Position numbers and translations under genes: made by a program
In this document: one piece after another, positions 41,232 to 52,350 of the stretch
How the letters are laid out: every line of letters starts with the position of its first letter
How positions within the stretch are numbered: the stretch's first letter is position 1
Notes under the pieces: model-generated
The model's input: only the letters and a program-made list of their open reading frames with translations
The model's database searches: none
Told to the model about the DNA's origin: nothing
Origin: Candidatus Poribacteria bacterium
GTDB lineage: Bacteria > Poribacteria > WGA-4E > WGA-3G
DNA: 64,000 nt
Direction of reading: 5' to 3'
NCBI GenBank assembly: GCA_963663765.2
Contig: CAXXUA010000004.1
Location: forward strand, 736,001 to 800,000

Positions 41232-41813
41232 CTATATCTCATTGTTTTCCCAAAGCGGTTGTAGTATCGTCTGTAATTTTTTCATTGCGCGATGTAGATG
41301 TATTTTTACTGTTCCTTCTGCCATTCCAAGTGTTTCTGCGACTTCTTTTATCTGTAGACCTTCATATCGTGTTAACATAAAGACTGATTTTTGTTTTGAT
41401 GAGAGTTCGTCAACTGCTTCGCGGATGATGCGTCCTTTTTCTTTATCTTCTAAGTGTTTTTCAGGATTGCTTGAGATGTCCGTTGCGACAAGTCTTTTCT
41501 CAATAATCTCCTCATCTTCAAATATAAATTCTGGTTTTCTTGCTTTAGAACGGTGATAATCGATGGAAAGATTTGAGGCAATTGTATATAACCATGTAGA
41601 GAATTTTGCTTTTGGCTGCCATGAAGCGAGTGCACGGTATGCTTTGAAAAACACCTCAAGCGTTAGTTCTTCTGCATCTTCGTAATTTCTGACAGAACGT
41701 AGGAGATACCCGAAGATTCTACGTTCGTACCGTTTCATTAAGGTGTCAAATGCCTTCTGGCTACCCGCCTTAAACTGTGTTACGAGGATTTCATCGTCAA
41801 TCATTGTGTCCAT
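41232..41813 (-). CDS. ECF RNA polymerase sigma factor
   Basis: DAEELTLEVF, FSTWLY, EVAETLGMAEGTVKIHLHRA. Confidence 0.92.
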   Translation of the reverse strand: MDTMIDDEILVTQFKAGSQKAFDTLMKRYERRIFGYLLRSVRNYEDAEELTLEVFFKAYRALASWQPKAKFSTWLYTIASNLSIDYHRSKARKPEFIFEDEEIIEKRLVATDISSNPEKHLEDKEKGRIIREAVDELSSKQKSVFMLTRYEGLQIKEVAETLGMAEGTVKIHLHRAMKKLQTILQPLWENNEI

Positions 41814-41954
41814 ATTTTTTGCCAGACTTTCTTTTTGTTTTGAACAACTGATTCTTGTAACGTTTATATTTTTGATTCAGTTTACAAATTATAGGATTTT
41901 TTGTCAAAATTATACATTATTTTTGACAAACATTCAAACAACAGAAATTCTTGG

Positions 41955-42662
41955 GGGTGTGTAAAGTTTTGGTTACTGTGTGTAGGGGCGGGGTCTCCCC
42001 GCACCATAAGCGTCAATTTAAGGATTTTGACGTATTGTGGGAGGGGTTTTCAACCCCGAATTTATGCGCTTTTCCTCTCAATTCGGGGTTGAAAACCCCT
42101 CCCACAAGAGAAATGACAACACTTTTTTCTTAAATTGACGCCTATGGGGCGGGGTCTCCCCGCACCATAGGCGTCAATTTAAGGATTTTGACGTATTGTG
42201 GGAGGGGTTTTCAACCCCGAATTTATGCGCTTTTCCTCTCAATTCGGGGTTGAAAACCCCTCCCACAAGAGAAATGACAACACTTTTTTCTTAAATTGAC
42301 GCCTATGGGGCGGGGTCTCCCCGCCCGAACAGAAACTTTACGCGGGCGAGAAAACCTCGCCCCTACGATGTCCACAGTTCCCTTACGTCAAGCAAGCTTG
42401 ATAGAAACTTTAGATACTTCTTTTATTGTGAAATATACAATTAAGTTTACACTTTTTCTGTAGGCGGGGAATGCCAATAGGCATTCATACCCGGGGAATA
42501 CCTTAATGGTATTCATACCGTTGATTTCTTGATTTCGATCTCCGAATCGCGACTGAACGCCTTGATAGTCGGGAATCGGAGTTCCCTCCTACCCCTGAAA
42601 GTGTAAAAATAATTCTAAAATCCACTATAATATCAGGGTTTCTACAAAAACTTTACACACCC
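41955..42662. mobile_element. 708-bp non-autonomous element with IS256-like ends and nested repeats
   Basis: GGGTGTGTAAAGTTTT...AAAACTTTACACACCC; 9-bp duplication AATTCTTGG; internal 160-bp tandem duplication. Confidence 0.8.
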
Positions 42663-42873
42663 AATTCTTGGAAACCCTTGTGAAGTGTTGTATCTGATCC
42701 ATTATTTTCATTATTAAGGGCTGTTATCTATAAAATTATTTGTTGCTTTATGAGTTTTAATTGGATGTATTGTTTAAAAAATGTTTCCAAATGGACACTT
42801 TTTTCGTTTTTTTGGTAACATTTTAAAATGGTTGTATACCCTGTTATAGAAAGGATTAGTAAGTGCTTCTTAC

Positions 42874-43094
42874 CCTACACTCCGCACTTGTTTTAATACA
42901 TTTTTATAATATTGGGATAAACCCGCATCACATAAGGATTCGCACATTATAATGGAGATTATGAGTTATATATTTGAGACAACCCAACTTGCTATTTTGT
43001 CATTTTAAAATTGAAAATGTTTGCTAAATGTAGTTTCCACACGGGTTTATCAAATTATTATTGAAAAACGCAAATCAGAAGTGCGGAGTGTAGG
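42874..43094. mobile_element. 221-bp MITE
   Basis: TIR CCTACACTCCGCACTT / AAGTGCGGAGTGTAGG, 6-bp duplication TCTTAC. Confidence 0.8.
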
Positions 43095-43355
43095 TCTTAC
43101 TGTTCTTGAAAAATATTTTTCCGTGTAAGTGTAACATTTTTATCTCTTGTTTTTTCGGGGGTCAGAATGTGTCATTTTTGTAAAATCGCTATTATATTTT
43201 GTTATATATCTGATATGTAATATATATTGTAACATAAATAATAGTGTGTGTCAGGTCTTTATTATATAATTTATTGAGGGTGTGTGAAGTTTTCATTGTA
43301 TTATCAGATTAAATCAGATAAAATAATACAAAACACTATTTGTGGAGGTTATTCC

Positions 43356-44375
43356 ATGACAGAGACACAAGAAAAACCGAGAGTGATTCCAGCGTCAGAA
43401 ACAGCAGAACAGATGACAAAAGCAGCTGCGAATTTCTTGGACGTTCTGACACCTGTTTTGCGAGAAAAAGCATGCCAACCTTTTGATGGTAATGAAAGGT
43501 TTCGTTGGCATTATATTCCAATTGAGATGTGGGAACGTCAGGGAGTGTCATTGATAGAGTTAGATGCTAAACAGCAGGAAGCTGCGTTCTCACTTATGCA
43601 AAGTGGGTTGAGTTCTAATGGATACGAGAAAGCACGTGCTATAATTAACTTGGAGAAGATACTCGGAGCAATTGAGAAAAAAACGGGAGATACAAAACTT
43701 GAACGTAATCCAGAATATTATTATTTCACTATTTTTGGTGATCCGACTGGGAACGGTACTTGGGGTTGGCGTACAGAAGGACATCATGTCTCGCTAAACT
43801 TTACGGTCGTCAATCGTGAGTTGATTTCACCAACACCTTTTTTCTTAGGTTCGAACCCTGCAGAGGTGCTTGAAGGTAACGAAAAAGGATTACGTGTATT
43901 GTATGCTGAGGAAGAACTTGCCCGTCAACTATTGACGAGTTTCACACCCTATCAGAAAACTCATGCTGTTATCAATACAGAAGCTCCTGCGGATATTCTC
44001 ACACGCAATGCGCCAAAGGTTGAGTTTGATGCGGTTGAAGGTTTTGCAGCGGAAAATATGCAAACCTATCAGCGCGAACTTCTTATACAATTAGTTCATG
44101 AATATATTGATCGGTTACCGGATGAGGTTGCCAAGATAGAACGTCAAAAACTCCAAGATGGAAGTATCAACGACATTCATTTTGCTTGGGCGGGTGGGGA
44201 AGAACGTAGAACACCTCACTATTATAGAATTCACGGTCCGTTTTTCTTTGTTGAATACGACAATACTCAGAACAATGCAAACCATATCCATTCGGTTTGG
44301 AGACACATTGAGGACGATTTTGGTTTGGATCTGCTTCGGCAGCACTATCACAAAACTGACCATCACGATCATTAG
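43356..44375 (+). CDS. DUF3500 family protein
   Basis: WGWRTEGHHVSLNF, PFFLGSNP, HYYRIHGP..EYDNTQNNANHIHSVWR; GGAGG RBS before ATG 43356. Confidence 0.85.
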   Translation: MTETQEKPRVIPASETAEQMTKAAANFLDVLTPVLREKACQPFDGNERFRWHYIPIEMWERQGVSLIELDAKQQEAAFSLMQSGLSSNGYEKARAIINLEKILGAIEKKTGDTKLERNPEYYYFTIFGDPTGNGTWGWRTEGHHVSLNFTVVNRELISPTPFFLGSNPAEVLEGNEKGLRVLYAEEELARQLLTSFTPYQKTHAVINTEAPADILTRNAPKVEFDAVEGFAAENMQTYQRELLIQLVHEYIDRLPDEVAKIERQKLQDGSINDIHFAWAGGEERRTPHYYRIHGPFFFVEYDNTQNNANHIHSVWRHIEDDFGLDLLRQHYHKTDHHDH

Positions 44376-44391
44376 ACAAGTGTCCGAAATA

Positions 44392-44419
44392 ACAAAGCCG
44401 CCGGTATAGGCGGCTTTGT
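44392..44419. terminator. Bidirectional terminator hairpin
   Basis: ACAAAGCCGCC-loop-GGCGGCTTTGT between convergent genes. Confidence 0.7.
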
Positions 44420-44444
44420 CTATAGGATCATATACAAATATTTT

Positions 44445-45311
44445 TTACCAGACAGATTTTATTCTGCCCCAGGTAGTTGTTGCCTTATTGTCAGGTTCAA
44501 CAGATGTAACTGGATCGGGACTTAGAATTACTAAACCTGTATTCTCACTCTGTTTTGGACCATTGACGATACAATCGGTATACCAACCACTCCACCCCTT
44601 TTGTCCTGGAGTATCTGAATCACCGTCATTAACGCTGACAGCAAAACCGAATTCGTAACCTTCAGAGAATTCTCCACCTTCAATTTGCAATTCCTCTGCA
44701 GAAAATCTGTATTCGTAATAGGTTTCCTTATCGTCTTCGTTTCGGGTAATAGCGACATTTTGACCTGCGACAAGACCAGGACTACCGTGTGTACTTTCAT
44801 TATGTAAAATGATGTCTTGTGCGTTGCCGCTTATGGCAGCGTTATATAGAAAGAGTCTTAGTCCGGCTTCACGCATTCCAGTTGGTTCAAAACCGATTTG
44901 CGCGCTATCGCCATTCCATGCAGCACCACCATTCTGGTGTTCGTCATCCGTAACAGCGATTGCAAGATAAATTGCATCGGGTTCCCAGACGATTGCAAAA
45001 CAGGTTCTGTGGTCATCACGGTTATTCCATATTCCGCCACTCCATTCGCGGAAAACATAGATTTCACCGTCATTACCAGCAAATTCTACTTCGCAAAATG
45101 GTTCATCATTTGTACCTAAAACTGATTCAACGACACCTTCCCATCCTTCTTCATCATTAAGTACACCGTCAATGTCAATAGTAAGGTCATCAGATTTTTT
45201 AGGTGCATTATATACATCATGTGTTTCGCTTCGCCACTGTGCGTCAACATTGATTGTAAACAAAGTTCCAGTTGCAAATAGTGCAATAATCATCACAACA
45301 AATTTTTTCAT
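44445..45311 (-). CDS. Secreted CBM9/DOMON-like sugar-binding protein with C-terminal TWG motif
   Basis: IDIDGVLND, W...IYLAIAVTDD, VNDGD; ends KATTTWGRIKSVW. Confidence 0.75.
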   Translation of the reverse strand: MKKFVVMIIALFATGTLFTINVDAQWRSETHDVYNAPKKSDDLTIDIDGVLNDEEGWEGVVESVLGTNDEPFCEVEFAGNDGEIYVFREWSGGIWNNRDDHRTCFAIVWEPDAIYLAIAVTDDEHQNGGAAWNGDSAQIGFEPTGMREAGLRLFLYNAAISGNAQDIILHNESTHGSPGLVAGQNVAITRNEDDKETYYEYRFSAEELQIEGGEFSEGYEFGFAVSVNDGDSDTPGQKGWSGWYTDCIVNGPKQSENTGLVILSPDPVTSVEPDNKATTTWGRIKSVW

Positions 45312-45340
45312 AGAAAATCTCCTATAATAATTGATGTTTG

Positions 45341-45366
45341 TTTTTTGGGCAGAAAAGACTGCCCAG
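45341..45366 (-). terminator. Intrinsic terminator
   Basis: Minus strand CTGGGCAG-TCTTTT-CTGCCCA hairpin between the two paralogs; followed by an A-tract rather than a U-tract on this strand. Confidence 0.35.
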
Positions 45367-45427
45367 CCAGATTAAGTAGCAAATTCTATCGCTACGATTT
45401 ATTTGGTCATAGCCTCTACGAAAAACG

Positions 45428-46264
45428 TCATTTAGAGGCTTTAACTCTCCCCCAAGTTGTAGTTAGTTTGTTTCTTACATCCACAGCAAGTTCATCAGCT
45501 GAAAGTCTGACGAGTCCTGTATGTTCGCTTTGTTTTGGTCCCTTGACGATGCAATCTGTATACCAACCACTCCAACCTTTCTGTCCGGGAGCATTATCAT
45601 CTCCATCATTTACACAGATTGCAAGACCGAATTCAAAACCTTCTTCAAAATTGTCGCCTTTGTTAATTTCATCAGCTGTAAATTTGTATTCGTAATAGGT
45701 TTCATTTTCATTTTCATTTCGAACTACAGCGACATATTCACTATCATTAAGTCCAGTACCACCTGGTCTTTCATCGTGATAAATGAGGTTTTTTGCATCG
45801 TTGTCTAAAGCGACATTATAGAGTAATAATGCTAACCCACCATCGCGCTTACCGGACATTTCAAATCCAAGTTGTACACTGTCGCCATTCCAAGCACCTC
45901 CAGAATTCTGATGATCATCATCAGTAACACTGATAGCAAGATAGATTGCATCTTCATCCCATACAATTGCGAAGCATGTCTCATGATCTTCTGGACCGTC
46001 CCATGTCCCTCCATTTGCTTCCCATACTTCTTCCTTGCCACCAGCATCAAATTCAACACCACAGAAGGGTTCTCCATTTGTACCAGTAACCGATTCAATT
46101 ACATCTTCCCAACCTTCATCGTCATCCAGTTCACCATCAATTGTAATATCTGCGGGTATTTTAAGTGCGTTGTAAACGTCGTGTGTATCACTCCGCCATT
46201 GTGCGTGTGCAGTTATACTTGTAATCAAAAACAGTAGTGTAATTACAATGAAAAACTTTCTCAT
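45428..46264 (-). CDS. Secreted CBM9/DOMON-like protein (tandem paralog) with TWG motif
   Basis: Highly similar to 44445-45311; ends KLTTTWGRVKASK; start MRKFF after AGGAG. Confidence 0.75.
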   Translation of the reverse strand: MRKFFIVITLLFLITSITAHAQWRSDTHDVYNALKIPADITIDGELDDDEGWEDVIESVTGTNGEPFCGVEFDAGGKEEVWEANGGTWDGPEDHETCFAIVWDEDAIYLAISVTDDDHQNSGGAWNGDSVQLGFEMSGKRDGGLALLLYNVALDNDAKNLIYHDERPGGTGLNDSEYVAVVRNENENETYYEYKFTADEINKGDNFEEGFEFGLAICVNDGDDNAPGQKGWSGWYTDCIVKGPKQSEHTGLVRLSADELAVDVRNKLTTTWGRVKASK

Positions 46265-46393
46265 TATTTTTCTCCTTAGTTTGTACTTCAATGTATATCT
46301 CAAATTGCATGAACCATTAGCATTATGCAATTTTACTATAGTTTTATATTTTAACATATCTTTTTAGAAACGTCCACAAAAAGACATCGTTTA

Positions 46394-46597
46394 CAGGGTT
46401 ATTCAGCTATTGGTTTTTTGGTAGATATTTAAAACATTCGTGAATTAGAAACGTAGTCCAATAGAGCGTATGCGAAACCCGATATGTATTAATTGTGGTT
46501 ATCATGTCGGATTTCGCATAAGCTCTACCCGACCTACGATGTATACTCTAAATGAAATTCATCGACGACAAAGAATGCTTAAAACTGAATAACCCTG
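46394..46597. mobile_element. CAGGG-ended MITE enclosing a REP pair
   Basis: CAGGGTTATTCAG...CTGAATAACCCTG; flanks share CACAA(A/T)AAGACATCGTT. Confidence 0.65.
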
Positions 46598-46631
46598 CAC
46601 AATAAGACATCGTTGGCAATCAATATAAAGG

Positions 46632-48167
46632 TCAACGGTCTTCAATTGTTTTGTCTACCTCATCACTGCCTACGCAGAGAATATATCTGTCGCTTGATCC
46701 GATGTATAGTTTTTCGTTTGCGATGGCGGGTGAAGAAATGAATTTCAAGCCAGCTCTAATTGTCCTTGCATTGTATTTCCACAATACATCTCCATTTGCG
46801 ATATTTAGGCAATAGATCATCCCCGCTTCTGAGGTAACATACATTGTATTTTTCGTTACAGCAGGTGATGAGAGGACAGGACTGCCCAGAGGTTTTGTCC
46901 AGTGAATTTCTCCATTTGTGGCTTTGAGTGTGTAAACGAAACCATCTCGAGAACCGAATGTTACATAATCATTGTGAACGACAATTGCAGTAAGAACTCC
47001 GTCGCCTGCCTTATATTCCCAAACTATATCCCCGTTTTCTATGTTTAATGCGACTACTTTACCTTTAGGGTTTGGACCACTTTCAGCAAAAGTGGCTGTG
47101 CTAAGTCCGAAATAGACTAAGTTCTGATGTGAACTTGGATTTCCCCAGACAGAATACGGCATGGGTTGCGACCAGATTTCCTTACCTGTTTGTGCATCCA
47201 CAGCATAGATTTTATAGTCACCGTAGCCGGTACCGAAGAAAACCTTACCATCCTTTACCAGTGGGGACATGTCCGCATGTACTGCAGGGAAGTGCCAAAT
47301 TTGTTCACCAGCGAGTGCGTCAATACAGTAAACGCCATCTGCACCTGCTGTGAAGTATAGCCGACCTTTCGTGATGAATGGTGTTGACTCTACATGACTT
47401 GCGGTAGTGAAACTCCAGATAGGATCGCCTGTTTGCGCATCAAGACATCTGAGTTGGCACCCGCTATCTTCATGAAAACCTTCACCGATGTAGACTCTAC
47501 CTGCAACAACTGCGGGTGATGATGCGATAGCGATGTCAGAATCGTGTTGCCAGACAATCTCTTTTGTGTCAGTGTCAATACAGTAAGTTGTACCGCTGGA
47601 AGAAAAGAATCCGCCAATTGCTGCGCCGATATAAAGACGGTTACCGACGACTGCGGGTGATGAAAAGAATTGAACCATTTTTCTATTTTCAGCACTGAAT
47701 ACCCAAAATAGAGTTCCGTTTGCTGGACCGGGTAAACCATCAACATTGCCAGTACGATTTGCATCACCTCTAAATGTTGGCCATGTGTTCCCTACTCTGA
47801 TTTTGTTTTCATCTTGTTGTAGTTTGGTAACATCAACAGTTGGTGAGTTCTGTTTGATACCATTTTCAAGGACTTGGAAAGTTATCACTGCAAGTGCAAT
47901 TAACACAACAAGACTAACAAGCGAAACAATAGTTCTACGTACAGTGAAGAAATCGCGCACTTTGTAAAAGACCATCTTGGTTGTGTCTCGTGCGAATACA
48001 AGGGATGTGATTATTGCGACGCCGACAAATGCAAGTATCTGGGGAATGATACTAAGCAGTGCGGTCAAAGGACCAATCAGTTGTGGTATAACAGCATCTG
48101 CAGGAGCTGCAAAACAGACAGGAACTGATAATAAGCTTAATGTTAGTAACCAAGTGGTTTTTGACAT
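46632..48167 (-). CDS. Membrane-anchored PQQ-like beta-propeller protein
   Basis: N-terminal TM segments, WPTFRGD, SSPAV repeats. Confidence 0.85.
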   Translation of the reverse strand: MSKTTWLLTLSLLSVPVCFAAPADAVIPQLIGPLTALLSIIPQILAFVGVAIITSLVFARDTTKMVFYKVRDFFTVRRTIVSLVSLVVLIALAVITFQVLENGIKQNSPTVDVTKLQQDENKIRVGNTWPTFRGDANRTGNVDGLPGPANGTLFWVFSAENRKMVQFFSSPAVVGNRLYIGAAIGGFFSSSGTTYCIDTDTKEIVWQHDSDIAIASSPAVVAGRVYIGEGFHEDSGCQLRCLDAQTGDPIWSFTTASHVESTPFITKGRLYFTAGADGVYCIDALAGEQIWHFPAVHADMSPLVKDGKVFFGTGYGDYKIYAVDAQTGKEIWSQPMPYSVWGNPSSHQNLVYFGLSTATFAESGPNPKGKVVALNIENGDIVWEYKAGDGVLTAIVVHNDYVTFGSRDGFVYTLKATNGEIHWTKPLGSPVLSSPAVTKNTMYVTSEAGMIYCLNIANGDVLWKYNARTIRAGLKFISSPAIANEKLYIGSSDRYILCVGSDEVDKTIEDR

Positions 48168-48191
48168 AGGATCAACTCCGTTTAGGATGTA

Positions 48192-49361
48192 TCATTTCAA
48201 AGAATCAACTGCGTATCGGGTAAGATTCTCAATCAATGGTCGATTTTTTGAAGTATTTGATTTATTGTCGTTACGCATGTTTGTAATGAGATACATACCT
48301 TTTCCGTATTTTAGTTTTGCTACAACGATTTCCTTACCATTGTTAGTAGTTGCAAGCACTTCAAACTTGTCGTTCCACCCACTCCAAGAATCATCAAGCG
48401 AAAGTTGTCCAGAACGGATGTGATGTGGTGCTTTAAACAGATTACCTGCTTTTTCTGTGGGTTGAAAATCATTCCTACCTGTGCTTTCAACACCTTTCAG
48501 TGGTTCTGTTAACCAACCGATTCCGCTAGGTCGGTCATCATCGTTGTCCTGTCCAGAGACAATAACAATGCCGCCATCTTTAACAAATTCCTTAATCTGT
48601 TTTTCCTGATTTTTATTTAAGTGGTACCTACCATCATCAATTGCGCGGTACCCAAGCCATAATATATCAGTGTCGTCAAGATCTGACAAGTCACGTTCGG
48701 TTGTTTGTTCACATGCTATCCAACGTTTACCGACTTTATTGATTCCGGAAATAACCGGATGTTCTTCTTGATAGTTTCTTCTGTTCAATAGAAAGAGTCG
48801 TATGACACCGTCTTTTAGTAGTGCGCGGAGTTCTTTCTGAAGTTCAGGTGTAGAATCTCTACGTGAAACCTTGAATTGATTCAATTTCACTTCTGTATGT
48901 GTAAAATTCCATCTAATCCAACCTCTTTCCTTGTGTTTTGCAACCTGAAGTTGGAACCATATTCCTCTTGTATGTGCGAGACAATCAATTCGATCACCTT
49001 TTTTTAGATAACAGACAATAATCGGATCACCCTTTCTGAGTAATTTGTCAATCTCAGCACGATGATCTTTTTCACCTTTAAAGACATCATATCGAATTTT
49101 TATCACATCAAATTCACTCTTGCCTTTGATATTTTCCTCAACCTTAAAATCAGCGGTTTTTCGTTTAGTGTTTACATCTGAAATCGTTGCGAATACAACG
49201 TTACTGCTCTCACTGACAATTTCAGGGATAGTGTAAGGTCGGGAGATGTATGCATCTGTAATTGATTGTGCGAAAGTGAGAAAACAGACAGTAAGAATTA
49301 CCAATAAGTTTACATGTTTTCGTTGTATTTTATATTGATATGACAAATTATGGTTTTTCAC
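48192..49361 (-). CDS. Secreted hypothetical protein with possible class-I glutamine-amidotransferase-like C-domain
   Basis: Signal-like segment; QIKEFVKDGGIVIV, YGKGMYL. Confidence 0.55.
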   Translation of the reverse strand: MKNHNLSYQYKIQRKHVNLLVILTVCFLTFAQSITDAYISRPYTIPEIVSESSNVVFATISDVNTKRKTADFKVEENIKGKSEFDVIKIRYDVFKGEKDHRAEIDKLLRKGDPIIVCYLKKGDRIDCLAHTRGIWFQLQVAKHKERGWIRWNFTHTEVKLNQFKVSRRDSTPELQKELRALLKDGVIRLFLLNRRNYQEEHPVISGINKVGKRWIACEQTTERDLSDLDDTDILWLGYRAIDDGRYHLNKNQEKQIKEFVKDGGIVIVSGQDNDDDRPSGIGWLTEPLKGVESTGRNDFQPTEKAGNLFKAPHHIRSGQLSLDDSWSGWNDKFEVLATTNNGKEIVVAKLKYGKGMYLITNMRNDNKSNTSKNRPLIENLTRYAVDSLK

Positions 49362-49780
49362 AAAATTCCTCCTATATCATGGTGAAACTGAAAATAATTA
49401 TACCTTATACCAATTCAAATAAATCTTGTCTCATTAAGGAATTCTACTGTTTACTGGCAAGGGGTTACTCTCTTCGGTAGGAGCGACCCGGGGAATGCCA
49501 AAAGGCATTCATACCGTTGATTTGCCGGTCGCGACCGGGAGGTCGCTCCTACCAGATTTCCGCTGCTAATGAGACATTATCACATGAAAATGGTATTATT
49601 TTAGTTAGCTGCTCTGGCAGGTGTGCTATTAATTTTCGCTCTTGTATTATTCGGTAGGAGTAGCCTCCAAATCAAGTAATCAACGGTATGAATGCGTGTA
49701 TGGCATGCCACAGGTCGCTTCTACCTGTTAAGTGTGTAATTTAATTCCAAGATATACTATAAACAAAAGTCTTCACATAT

Positions 49781-50101
49781 CTATTTGAGTTTTACAGCAG
49801 TACCAGTTGCTGTTACCATCAACATGCCGTTGTTTGCACCGAGTACTTGATAATCAATGTCAATTCCGACGACTGCATCAGCCCCTTTCCGTTGTGCAAT
49901 TTCTTGTAATTCCATTATAGCAGTCTCGCGTGCATCTTCAAGTTTGCTCTCGTAGGTTTTTGATCTTCCCCCGATCATATCAGTAATACCAGCCATAAAA
50001 TCACGAAAGATATTTGCTCCCATGATTGCTTCGCCAGTTACTAAACCCAGATATTGTCCTATATCTCTACCTTCAATAGTGTTTGTCGTTGTGGTTATCA
50101 T
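49781..50101 (-). CDS. YbjQ/UPF0145 family protein
   Basis: TTNTIEG...GANIFRD...GGRS..YE...[12 protein letters not shown]...TGTAV. Confidence 0.9.
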   Translation of the reverse strand: MITTTTNTIEGRDIGQYLGLVTGEAIMGANIFRDFMAGITDMIGGRSKTYESKLEDARETAIMELQEIAQRKGADAVVGIDIDYQVLGANNGMLMVTATGTAVKLK

Positions 50102-51246
50102 TATTGTGATCTCCCTCTTGCTGTAATGTACCACACAGATTCGACGATTTCATCGCGGATCCCGTAATACTTGTCATGAAGATTAACAGTTGTACAACAG
50201 TGTGTTGGTAAAATCTCCAGTTTTTCTCCCGGTTTTAGTGAAATCTCAGCGTTTGAGTTGCGATTAAAGACTTGGTTAGGGGCTTGGTCAGAGACTTGCA
50301 TTATACCGTGTTCTTCGGATAGATATTCCATTTCAAGTTCTGGATAATCTATTGGTTGTGGAATTCCAAATTCCTCCGTAAGTACTTTCTTACCAGTGTC
50401 AACAATAATTCGATCTTGTGTTGGACGGCTGACGACAGTTGACAAGACAGTCAAAGCACAATCAAATTTATCACCGACGCCTTGTACGCCGCGATAGTTA
50501 GCATCCATAAAGACATAGGATCCAGCCTGTACCTCTGTTATTTCGGGTATGCTACCAGTTATGTCATAAGTTCCAGTTCCTCCACCACTCAAAATTGAAA
50601 CTTCAATGCCATTATTGATAAGAAGATCTGCTGTATTGAATAGACTTACCATTGCAGTAAGTGTAGCGTTTTTTCTATAATACTTTCCATTCTGTGTTAC
50701 GAGATGTCCCTCATAAGCCATCAAACCCTCAAACTTTAGCTTTGGACATTTGTTTACCTGTTGTGCTAATTTTAGAACTGGGTCTCTGGGTTCAACACCG
50801 CAGCGATTCATACCAATATTAATTTCAATCAAAATCCTTATTGTTACACCTTTTGCTGATGCTGCTTCAGATAGTTCTTGTACATTTTGAACGTCGTCCA
50901 CAGCGACCATTATCTCTGAATGCTTTGCGAGGTTAACAAGACGAGCAATTTTCTGTGTTCCAACTATTTGGTTTGCGATGAGTACATCACGTATACCTGC
51001 ATGAACGACTGCTTCTGCTTCTCCCAATTTTGCACATGTTACACCTATCGCTCCAGCTGCTATCTGTTTATGTGCGATTATCGGTGTTTTATGTGTTTTT
51101 ACATGAGGTCTTAGATTTGCATTTACTGTATCAAAATAACTCGCCATTTTCTGGATATTCGCTTCCATTTTATCCAGATCAATTAACAGTGCAGGTGTAT
51201 CTAAATCCGTTTTGTGTCTACCTATATAATGATTGGTGTTGTGCAT
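50101..51246 (-). CDS. DSD1 / D-threonine aldolase family PLP enzyme
   Basis: [34 protein letters not shown]. Confidence 0.9.
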   Translation of the reverse strand: MHNTNHYIGRHKTDLDTPALLIDLDKMEANIQKMASYFDTVNANLRPHVKTHKTPIIAHKQIAAGAIGVTCAKLGEAEAVVHAGIRDVLIANQIVGTQKIARLVNLAKHSEIMVAVDDVQNVQELSEAASAKGVTIRILIEINIGMNRCGVEPRDPVLKLAQQVNKCPKLKFEGLMAYEGHLVTQNGKYYRKNATLTAMVSLFNTADLLINNGIEVSILSGGGTGTYDITGSIPEITEVQAGSYVFMDANYRGVQGVGDKFDCALTVLSTVVSRPTQDRIIVDTGKKVLTEEFGIPQPIDYPELEMEYLSEEHGIMQVSDQAPNQVFNRNSNAEISLKPGEKLEILPTHCCTTVNLHDKYYGIRDEIVESVWYITARGRSQ

Positions 51247-51256
51247 GTAACACTTC

Positions 51257-51379
51257 CAGGACTTATGCAAAAAACGGTAGGCGTGCTTTTTAAGCTCGCT
51301 GGAAACCCTTAATAATGTTGATAATTACATCATTTTCATCACAATTCTTAATTAAATCAAGTATACTGCGTAAATCCTG
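51257..51379. mobile_element. IS701-derived MITE
   Basis: Degenerate TIRs, ACTTC duplication; fills the FAH-DSD1 intergenic gap. Confidence 0.8.
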
Positions 51380-51384
51380 ACTTC

Positions 51385-52338
51385 TTATAGTTGTTGTACA
51401 GGATTCGATAGTGTTCCGAACCCTTCAATATCTATCTTAACAACATCCTTTGGTGCGAGAGGTAAATCATTGGGTACAATTATACCAGTACCAGTGGAAA
51501 CGACAGTTCCGAATGGGATTGGGTTGTCTCGCATCAGAAATTCCGTGAGTTGTTCAAATTTCCAGTTTATTTGTGATGTGTTGACTTCACCTGTATAGAC
51601 TTCCTTTTCGTCCCGAATGATAGTGCATTTCATTTCAAGATTGTAGGGATCGTCAACTTCAGTGGTCGTAAGAAACATTGGTCCGAGTGCACAGCAACCG
51701 TAAAAGACCTTTGATTGCGGTAGATATAAAGGGTTTTCGCGTTCAATATCCCATGCGGAAACATCATTACAGAGTGTGTAACCAAGTATCTCACCTTCAG
51801 CATTTAGAATATAAGCGAGTTCTGGTTCAGTTGCAGTGAGTTTGGAGTCGCTTCGTATCCCGATATGTCCATTTGGACCGATGGTACGTGCTTGTGTTGC
51901 TTTGAAGAAAATCTCTGGTCTATCGGCGTGGTATACGCGGCTATATATATCTTGTTCAGAATCGTCATCTCGCATGTCAGCACTACGTTTGTAAGTTACG
52001 CCGCATCCCCACACCTCAGGTGCATCAATTGGAACAAGTAAGTGTGGTATATTCTCATCTGGAAACACATCCAATTTCTCTAAAGATAATCCGTAGTCTT
52101 CCTCAATTTCTGGTTCGGTATGGTGAAGTCTTGTGAACCGCATAGGAGGAGGTGCAGATACCTTTTCTTGTATATCAGCAAGGAGTACGCCAAGAGATAT
52201 CCGTTCTTCTTGTGCAAGTTTTAGTACATCTAAAACACTCGGTGACTCATCACTTGTTACATCAATTACGTGGTATTCACGTGTAACAACCCCGACTCGT
52301 TTACCTAAATTGGGTAAATGAAATTGGATCAGTTTCAT
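51385..52338 (-). CDS. Fumarylacetoacetate hydrolase family protein (2-keto-3-deoxy sugar acid dehydratase-like)
   Basis: EVWGCGVTYKRS, RPEIFFKA, EPEL, NDVSAWDIERENPLYLPQSK, TGTG. Confidence 0.85.
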   Translation of the reverse strand: MKLIQFHLPNLGKRVGVVTREYHVIDVTSDESPSVLDVLKLAQEERISLGVLLADIQEKVSAPPPMRFTRLHHTEPEIEEDYGLSLEKLDVFPDENIPHLLVPIDAPEVWGCGVTYKRSADMRDDDSEQDIYSRVYHADRPEIFFKATQARTIGPNGHIGIRSDSKLTATEPELAYILNAEGEILGYTLCNDVSAWDIERENPLYLPQSKVFYGCCALGPMFLTTTEVDDPYNLEMKCTIIRDEKEVYTGEVNTSQINWKFEQLTEFLMRDNPIPFGTVVSTGTGIIVPNDLPLAPKDVVKIDIEGFGTLSNPVQQL

Positions 52339-52350
52339 AGTTCTCCAACA

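Noticed and set aside
41743-42133. Short plus-strand ORFs
   Set aside because: They lie antisense to the sigma gene or inside nested repeats
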